This document shows positions 49,512-58,100 of a stretch of DNA of 64,000 nucleotides, piece by piece. The notes below the pieces were generated by a model, which had not been told where the DNA came from, did not search any database, and saw nothing but the letters and a program-made list of their open reading frames with translations. How positions within the stretch are numbered: the stretch's first letter is position 1; the number at the start of each line of letters is the position of its first letter. Source of the stretch: a virus (Duplodnaviria > Caudoviricetes); the IMG/VR virus record IMGVR_UViG_2868946205_000003, one strand, 5' to 3'. A program made the translations under genes and the position numbers.

Positions 49512-49786
49512 TGGGATACGGCCTAATTGATATTGCTGCGCAGACGCGCCAGCAGGGTTTACAGGGTATGCAGCAGGCGGCAGAGCTGGAGCAGCAACGT
49601 GAGTCGGCTAACGAACAGCTTAAGACCCAACAGAAGCAGGCCGCCAACCAGATGAAAGGTACGATGGCCGGAATGGGGGCGATGGGTGGCGCTGCGATGG
49701 GGGCCTCTTATGGTGCATGGGGGGGACCAATCGGTGCAGGGATTGGCGCGGCGGTGGGTTTAGTCGCGGGTTCATTGTTTTCATAA
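49511..49786 (+). CDS. Putative ejection protein with glycine-zipper tail
   Basis: GGPIGAGIGAAVG. Confidence 0.6.
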   Translation: MGYGLIDIAAQTRQQGLQGMQQAAELEQQRESANEQLKTQQKQAANQMKGTMAGMGAMGGAAMGASYGAWGGPIGAGIGAAVGLVAGSLFS

Positions 49787-49798
49787 TTAGGGGGCACT

Positions 49799-51139
49799 AT
49801 GGCAGATGTAAGAGGACTAGCAGACGGCTTTCTTGCCGGATTCAACACGATGGACAATGCATTACAGCGACGTGAAGAGTCAGAGCTACGGCGCTTGCAG
49901 GTTCAGCAACAGCAGCAAAATGAAGATCGGCGTTTTGGATTGGCACAGGCGCAGTTTGATTACGGTAAAGAAACTGGACTGCGTGATCATCAACGTCAGC
50001 TTGGGCGGGATAAGAAGCAGGATGAGCAGTGGGGATTAAGCCATGCTCTAAATGCGAAAAATGCCGATCGGTCATACGCTCTGCAAGCGCAGAGTAATAA
50101 TCTGGCGCAACAGCGATTTAATTTTCAGGTGAATGAGCAGAAGCGGCAACAGCGTATTCAAGATGAAATGCCTGTTATCAAAATGTTTGCGGAACAGTTG
50201 GATAAGACTGGGGATGTTGATCCCGAATTGCTTAAGCAAATATCATCCGATAATCCATTACACCCTAAGCGATTTATTGGTGATAAAGCGATTAAGAACG
50301 TGACGGAAATCAATCGCATCATGCCAGCCGTTCTCAATGGCGATATGGACTATAACGATCCGGCGGCTATCCGCGTGATGAATGGCGTATTATCCGCTCG
50401 TATACAACGTGGCATTGGTGATAAGGACGTGGAGACGGGTAAGACGATTACATCCAAAGAACTTGCCCACATTGGATTAACGGAAGATGGTCGGGGCGTC
50501 ATTCCAACCTTAAAAGTGACGTATAACGATGGCTCTACCGCGCTAAAACCCATGACCCGTTTTGGTTCGACAGACCCTAACGACACCATTGCACCAATTG
50601 CACTGCCTCGTCTAATGGAAGAGTTTAGAGGCTACAGTCAGATGGTCGGTCAGCTAAATTATGGCGGCCGGGCGAAGTTTCTTAACGAAATGGTTAACCC
50701 GCCAGATAAGGCGGCAGTTCGTGAAGAAGCCCGTGGGATGCGTAAAGACTTGCTGGATGTTGGCAAGGCGAGAGCAAAAGCATTGTCCGATCCAATGGCG
50801 CAAGATCCGCAGACTGCCGCGGGGATTAATGCGCAGTTTGATCAGTTGGAACAGCAGGTGAAAGATTCATATGGGCAGTCTCAGCAGCAACCGAAAGCAC
50901 AAGGTAGCAGTGGGGTGCAGCAATGGGCTGGTGGCGATCCAGATAAGCAGGCATTTGCCCAAGCTGCGCTTGCTTCTGGTCAGTTGAATGGAGATGTAAC
51001 AAACAAAGAGTTGGATGACAACTATGCTATCGCCAAAAAAGCGCAGGCTCAGCAACAGAATAGCCAAACTGCCCAGCAGCTACGTAAACGTAATCAGGCG
51101 GATCCTCCAGCATATCCGCCGTATTATACTGGGAAGTAA
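49799..51139 (+). CDS. Putative DNA transfer/ejection protein
   Basis: GLADGFLAGF N-terminus, Q-rich coiled coil. Confidence 0.6.
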   Translation: MADVRGLADGFLAGFNTMDNALQRREESELRRLQVQQQQQNEDRRFGLAQAQFDYGKETGLRDHQRQLGRDKKQDEQWGLSHALNAKNADRSYALQAQSNNLAQQRFNFQVNEQKRQQRIQDEMPVIKMFAEQLDKTGDVDPELLKQISSDNPLHPKRFIGDKAIKNVTEINRIMPAVLNGDMDYNDPAAIRVMNGVLSARIQRGIGDKDVETGKTITSKELAHIGLTEDGRGVIPTLKVTYNDGSTALKPMTRFGSTDPNDTIAPIALPRLMEEFRGYSQMVGQLNYGGRAKFLNEMVNPPDKAAVREEARGMRKDLLDVGKARAKALSDPMAQDPQTAAGINAQFDQLEQQVKDSYGQSQQQPKAQGSSGVQQWAGGDPDKQAFAQAALASGQLNGDVTNKELDDNYAIAKKAQAQQQNSQTAQQLRKRNQADPPAYPPYYTGK

Positions 51140-51181
51140 ATGGTGAATGCCCCGACCTGTGATTAGTTTCGGGGCTTTTGA

Positions 51182-51517
51182 TTATTTCAACCACGGATTA
51201 TTTTTGTTGTCATCATGGTTACTGGCTTGTAACTCTGACACGCTTTCCCCTTTTTTATCCTGCTTTATTGTGCAATAAAAAACGTATGCAGCGAGAAATG
51301 CAAATGTGAAGTTTGGCGTTGTATGCACGGCTAAAAATGGTTGCCATTCAATAAAATGAACGGTGAAAAATAAATTAGGAATGGCAACGATAGTGGAAAG
51401 GATGATGGATAAAACCAACCCAGCGCCGTTGTTTTTTTTGAAAAGAATTTTCTTTATTAGTGTGCCGGAAATAGCAATGAAAAATATCACGATAAAATAG
51501 TTAATAAGGTTTAGCAT
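51182..51517 (-). CDS. Moron membrane protein (about three TM)
   Basis: AT-rich, opposite strand, hydrophobic. Confidence 0.65.
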   Translation of the reverse strand: MLNLINYFIVIFFIAISGTLIKKILFKKNNGAGLVLSIILSTIVAIPNLFFTVHFIEWQPFLAVHTTPNFTFAFLAAYVFYCTIKQDKKGESVSELQASNHDDNKNNPWLK

Positions 51518-51536
51518 CGTGTTCTCAACCCCTAAG

Positions 51537-51959
51537 TTATTCACAAATTTCTTTACTAAAGAATAGTGAGTGAATTTCTCCATCCTTATCCATTGCTACT
51601 AAGTTAATCGTACCCTTGTTATCGTATAGGATAGATTTGTTATCTGAACTACAGTATTCAACTTTAAGGCCATCACGCAACGTGTTTTTCATATCACGAT
51701 AGGAGTCAAATAACTCTGAGAATGATGAGCGGAATATGTAAAACTTAGATATAACCCTATATTGAGGTTCAACAACAGTCTTCAGGGAAATAAACGGGCC
51801 ATAATCTTTTGGTAAGATTTTATTGTTCATTTCAACTATTATTTTTAATTGATAAGATTCCCAGAATTTATTTATTGACTGCTCATCAAGAGATGATGCA
51901 GTTGCTGTAAATGAAAAAAGCAGCATTGATAATGCGGCAGCACATTTTACCATTCCCAT
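51537..51959 (-). CDS. Moron exported protein
   Basis: Signal peptide ending ATA-S; AT-rich. Confidence 0.65.
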   Translation of the reverse strand: MGMVKCAAALSMLLFSFTATASSLDEQSINKFWESYQLKIIVEMNNKILPKDYGPFISLKTVVEPQYRVISKFYIFRSSFSELFDSYRDMKNTLRDGLKVEYCSSDNKSILYDNKGTINLVAMDKDGEIHSLFFSKEICE

Positions 51960-52099
51960 TAACGACAATCCTTTTTTGTCTATTCTTTATCAAATTTATT
52001 ATTTTTTCAGTGTGGTGCGGGTGACATCTAAGATCGCTAAGTCAGATGACACTTGTGAATTCATCTTAACATAATCTCAGTGCTTGCAGGTAAGAACAC

Positions 52100-52173
52100 T
52101 TCCCATAAGGGAACTTACGCGCTAAATTCCCCAAAGATACCAAGCCTCGCCTTAAAAAGCGGGGCTTTTTTTT
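52100..52173 (+). promoter_or_regulatory. Promoter + short leader + terminator cassette, copy 2
   Basis: TTCCCA-17-TAAATT; 52116-52171 matches 44697-44751 except one extra A. Confidence 0.7.
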
Positions 52174-52192
52174 GCCCTAAATTCTGGAGTCC

Positions 52193-55100
52193 GTGATGGT
52201 TTACGATCCACAACAGCAGCGCCCCGAACAGCAATTGACGAATAGCAACCGCCAGGCCCTCAATATTCAGCAGCCGGATGAACAGCAGCAATCTGCGGCA
52301 GCAGCCAATCCATATCAGCAGTTTTTCGCATCAGGTGGGTGGAACAAGCCGGTTGTCGAACCAAAATCGACTTGGGGTGATGATCTCAAGGCGCTGGCGG
52401 CAGCCCCTTTTAACATGGTAGCGAGTGTGGGGCAGTTATTCAAAGCAGACAAACAGGCGTTGGAAGATAGAGAGGTGGAGTTCAGAAGAGACGCAATGGC
52501 TAGAGGGATGAAACTCCCGTTCAGTGAGGATGAAGAAAAGTTCATACGGGAGTGGGGTGGCAATCCTCTTGATACTATAGGAACAAAGGTGATTATAGGT
52601 GCTGGCGATCTGGCTGAAAGTGCCGCCAAATCTATTTTGGACTCTCGAACCGAAGGTGCAAAGCAGGCGGCGGCTTTGGATTTTGCAACACTTGATCGAG
52701 ACAGTAACGGCAATGTCACGGGTGCCAGCGTGGGTGAAGGGACATTCAATGCTAGCTCATGGATGCAAAATGCAATTCCTAGTATAGCGACTATGATGAC
52801 ATCCGGTTTGTTATCAAAAATGTCAGCCAAAGCTGCTACGAAAATTGCAGAGCGGGCGACCTTCAACCGCCTTAGTAAAACCATGCCAGAAGAGGCCGCC
52901 CGGCAGATTGCCAAAGAAACCGCCGATCGTGCCGCAGTCGTTGCAGGGAAAACGACATTTGTTGGCGCTATGTCAGCAACCGCACAGGGTCAGGGCGGTA
53001 TCGACATGCGGGAGCAGATCAACAACCTGCCATTCAATGAGTTGATGGAAAGCCCCACGTTTCAATCTGCATTCAGTGCCGTCGATGCCAGCCCCAGCAA
53101 TGCCCATATGTCCGATACCCAAAAATTAGAATTAGCTCGCAGTCAGGTAGCCGAACAGGCCGCAAGTGCTGTAACTGCCGATCCCCGTCTGTTAGCTGTC
53201 AATATTGCTGCATCAATACTGGGTGACCATATCTTGTTGAAGCTGTTAACTCAGAAAAGCGCATCAGGGATTTTATCTGGCATGGCGACAGGGGCTGTGG
53301 CTGAAGGCGTTACTGAATTTGCTCAGGGTGCGACGCAACGGTATGCACAGAATGAACAATTGATTGACACTGCAGGGCAAAAAATCGATCCGATGAAAGA
53401 TGTCTTAGAGATCGGCCTTAATAATGCAGTGGTTGGCGCTGGCATGGGGAGCTCTATCGGTGCTGTCGGCGGTATGCGCGGTCGTAATAACCACTCAACA
53501 TCGGAACCGAATCCGAACATCGATACCAATCCGGCAACAGAGCAGCAATCGTCAACGCAGGTCGATGTACCCGAATGGCAGTCTTCAGAACAACCCTCTT
53601 CCGATGGCTCTGGTTCGTCTATTCCTGTCGTGAAAATGGGAGAAGATTCACCACCTCCAGGTTATGATGGCGAGTGGCGTGATGGCGGTCCCGTGATATC
53701 TGTTACTCAGGGGGCTGATAACTCACAATTCAATCCTGAAAATGTTGCTGGCACGCCGCAAAGTCGTATCGATGAGTTTCGTGATACACCAGCCTACCTC
53801 CGGCAAGATCCACGTGTTCAGGGGTTTGCTGAAGACAGTGATGTGCAACAAGCCTTATCTGAGCAGCAACCAGCCCCAACCGCAGAGCAACTGATTCGCC
53901 AGCAGATTGAGCAGGGCGATCAGGGGTATTCGCCGCAAGAGTTGGAGGCATTGGAGCAGGCTGAAAGCATTATCGCCGCGCGTCGTCCACGCCTTCCCGC
54001 ACCCGGTCAAACTTCGGTGATTGCTATGCCCGGCGACGTTCGCGCCCCCATTGGTGATGATGCGCAAGCAGGAATTGGCCCACAATTTGATGCAGGGCAG
54101 CAGGTGCGCGGGCAAGAATTCATTCCTGCTGAGCGGCCACCGGCTATCAATGAGGTTGGCCGTGCCAGTCAGACATATGACAGTGAGGCTGTGCCAATCA
54201 ACGCCATTGAGAATAAAAATATTATTTTCTCTGGTTCGCCGACTATCGACGAAGGCCAGACGGCACAGTCGCCGCAGTTTACTGAAGGGGAAACACACAG
54301 CCAGCGGCAGGCACGGGAATTTAGTGATGCGATGGGCGTTAACGATCAGGCCGCATTGCCCGATCAGAGCCATCGCGTCGGCGGTGTGCCCGTTGATGCG
54401 CAAACGGAAGCCTACGCGCGAGGGGAGCCGGTAGGAGAGTTGGAACTGTTTGCTCCGGGCAGGCCCTATTCCAGCGAACGAGTGGCCAAGGCCAGTAAAT
54501 GGGGGAAGATGCCAGGCGCAGAAATTGAGTCGGTTGGGGAGGGTTACGGTGTGCGTTTGCCGTCAAAACCTAAAGGTGATGGACAGCCTGCCAGTCAGCG
54601 TACAGATCTCGTGGCCAGCGAACCTGAAGCGGCGCTCGGAGAATTGAAACTCTACGCGCCCGACAAACCTTACTCCAGTGAAAGAGTGGCAAAAGCCTCT
54701 CGCTGGGGAAAAATGCCTGGCGCCACGATTGAAAAAGTTGACGGTGGCTATGCGGTGCGGTTACCTGCACCCAGGCAATCAAAACCGTATTATTCTCGAC
54801 AGGTAAATCGCAATGATGGACTTACCGTTCCTGAGACCCGCCGCATTGCCGATGATTTTGTGCGCGAGTACAATGGCAATATTCCATTAGATATTCGGGT
54901 ATATGCCCGACAGGAGGATGCTTATGGCCCGCAAGCAACGCGAGAAAACGTCGGCAGAATCAAGGGTGCGTATCATGCCGCCGGAGAAGGAAGGATCGTA
55001 CTTAACGCTGCCAGCATTCGTGACGCGGGCGACGGGAGAAGAACACTCCGTCACGAAGTGCTTGGCCACTATGGGCTCAACACCTTTAAGCCAGCGGATA

Positions 55101-58100
55101 AAAGACTGGTTCTTGATGCGATTCTTAAAGCACGGCAAGACCCAAAATTCCGAACGCTCTGGGAACAAATAGACAAACATTACAGCGATAAATCTGATTC
55201 TGTTCAGGCCGAAGAAGTCTTTGCTCATGCTGCTGAACTTGAGCGTGGCGAACGAGGTTCCCGTACTCGCCGCCGCGTTATCCCTGCCTCTGTTTTACAC
55301 GCTTTCCAGATGGCGCTGCGCCATAGTGGTTTGGTTAAAGGGCCGATGAAAATCAGCGAGCTTTACGATGCAGTGGATGCGGTCGCTGATGGTATTCGTA
55401 ATGGCCGACGAAAGCAGCAGACCTTTCCTAAAACCGATCAGGATCAGTTCCGACGGGACAATAAACACAAGCAAAACGCCTCCAAATCTGGGGGCGTTTC
55501 TGTTTCTGGTGCTGATATCGGCGGCGGCAACATCATTTACGATGGTAGCTTTAGCCGTGATGGCAGTAAGCCAGAAAGCGGTATGTCGCGCGACCGCGTA
55601 CAGTTGGCCGCCGATGGGTTTGTCTCCCACCTTAACGGAGCGGCCAAAATTAAAGTGAAAGCGGTGCAGACGCAGGCCGAAGCCGCCGCGATGATGCCTA
55701 ACGGCATTTCTGCGGAATTCGGCACAGTTCATGCCATTTACCAGCCAGAGTTGAGCCGTGTGATTGTCATCGCGGACAACATCGCAAACGCCCGTGAACT
55801 ACGTGCCAAGTTGCGTCATGAAGTGATTGCGCACCATGGCTTAGCGTCAGTGATTGGCGATGTGGAATACGACCGCATCATGCGTGTGCTACACCAGACG
55901 CGGGACAGCCAGAATAAAACCATTCAGGATGTTTGGCAGCAGGTTGAGCAATCCTATGGGCAAGAGTCACTAGAAACGCAGGCGAATGAGTTTTTGGCGC
56001 ACATGGCGGAGCGTACCGAGCTAACGAAGTTGGGTGGTGTGTGGGATCGTTTCGTTACGCTGTTGACCAATGCGCTGCGCAAAGCTGGTGTGCTTAACCC
56101 TATGGATATCACGCCAGCGGAGATCAGCAACATTCTGCGCACCATCACCGGCCGCTTCCAGAAAACGGCGATGTATGCCAACGAGCAGCCAGGCACCCGC
56201 GAGTTCGATAACACTTTCTCGCGCACCGATGCGCTGTACTCAAAAGCGGATGAGGATGTTGACCCTCTGCGGCCATTATCGCAGGAGGCGGAACAGTACC
56301 GCGCCGATCTTGACCGAGCTATGCGGTCGTTGAAGTCTGGTGAGATTAATATTGGATTGGGTCGAACCCCCGCCGTATTGCTTGCAACGGGAGCACCAGA
56401 TTTGCCTATGGCTATATCACGAGATGTCGTGAGGAAAGCAAGTAATGGCATCAAACATGATGTACCGATGGATGTTATTTCACGATTACCAGAGCTTCTC
56501 CACGATCCAGAGGCTGTGTTCGAGTCGAAGACTCAGAACAATGGAGCTGCTGTATTACTAAACGCTAAAGATAGCTCAGGGCGGCAGGTGATGGCCGCAG
56601 TTCATATGCAGGTGCAATCAGGACGTTTAATTATTAACCGCATTGCCAGTGTGTATGGACGGGATGCTAAACAGTACCAAGGCTGGATCGAGGAAGGGTT
56701 GCTGCGTTATCGAAGGGTGAAAAAGAAAAACCCTGATAACCCTCATTCACAGGGGCTCCAATTGCCCAAGGAGGAGCGTTCTTATCAGGGTTCTAAACCC
56801 GAATCCGGTACGACCCAAGGGCTGCAATTGCCCCAGCGTGGTTCTCCGGATCAAGGTTCAAGTAAAAATATACTCTCTTCTGCCGACATCCGCAAGAATA
56901 AGACGCTGTACTCCCGCTCTGGCAATCCAGCACTGGACGCCGAAACCAGCCGCAAAATGGGCTTCAACGTCGAAAAAGGCTGGTTTGATAAAGCCAAAGA
57001 CTTCTACCAGATGGCTGCCGACAGCGATCGGACGGAACTGAAGCAGTGGTGGCAAGAAACCTTCCGTAAGCTGAACACCAAGACCTTTGACGGGCTTGCC
57101 CCATTAAAATATGCCGAAGATGCGGTGGGTAAATCTGATGCGATGGTTTCCGGCTACACGGCGGCGCGTATGTCAGCAGGTGCAGGCTCGGTGACATCGG
57201 CAGTTCTTGAACATGGCCTGGTGCGCTATAACAAGAAAGAGGGGATTACTGAACGCATTCCGGGTACAGGTAAGGCTGATTCTTTGATGGGCATTCTGGA
57301 CGGGCTCGGTAACCACCGTGAAAACTTCCTCAAGTGGATCGCCGGCCACCGCTCTGAGCGCCTCATGTCCGAGGGCAAAGAGAATAATTTTACCGCTGAT
57401 GAGGTTGCCTACATGAAATCGCTGAACCATGGGAATGAGCAACTGTTTGCCGATCAAAAGATAAAATACGATGCGTTTATCAAGTCCATCATCGATCTAC
57501 AGCAGGACATGGGGTTGATTGATGCGAATAGCCGAGCGACATGGGAGGATGCCTGGTATCTGCCGTATTACCGTGAAGCAGAAAACGGCGAAACACACGG
57601 CCCGTGGACGACACGCGGCATTGCCAACCAGAGCAGCACCATCCGTAAACTGAAAGGCTCCGACCTCACTATCAAAGACCCGATTGAAAACCTGTTCAAC
57701 TACGTTGCTAAGTCGGTTGATGCGTCGATGAAGAACGAGGCTATGCGCCGTTCTGTCACGAATCTGGCCGATACTGGGGTCATCGATATTATCGATAGCC
57801 CCAACGAGATGGATTACCAACGCCTAAAGAAAGACACAGTGAAGGTATTTGTTGATGGCAAAGAGCAACTGGCTCGCGTCAATGATCCCGACCTTTATCG
57901 CGCTTTCACTATGATTGATCTGGAACGTAGCAATTCTCTGTTCATGCGAGCTGCACGGCAGGCCAAGCGCGTGTTGACCATCGGCACCACATCTATGCCT
58001 GATTTCATTATTCGCAACTTCATGCGTGATGCCGTCCATTCATGGGCGATCAATAAAGATGGCTTCAAGTCCGCGATTTCCTCATGGCAGGGGCTGAAAA

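Noticed and set aside
56753-56833. tRNA genes or anticodon mimics (CT-CCA-AT, CT-GCA-AT on + strand)
   Set aside because: No D or T arms, the best pairing register gives non-canonical loops, and G-U pairs favour the opposite strand
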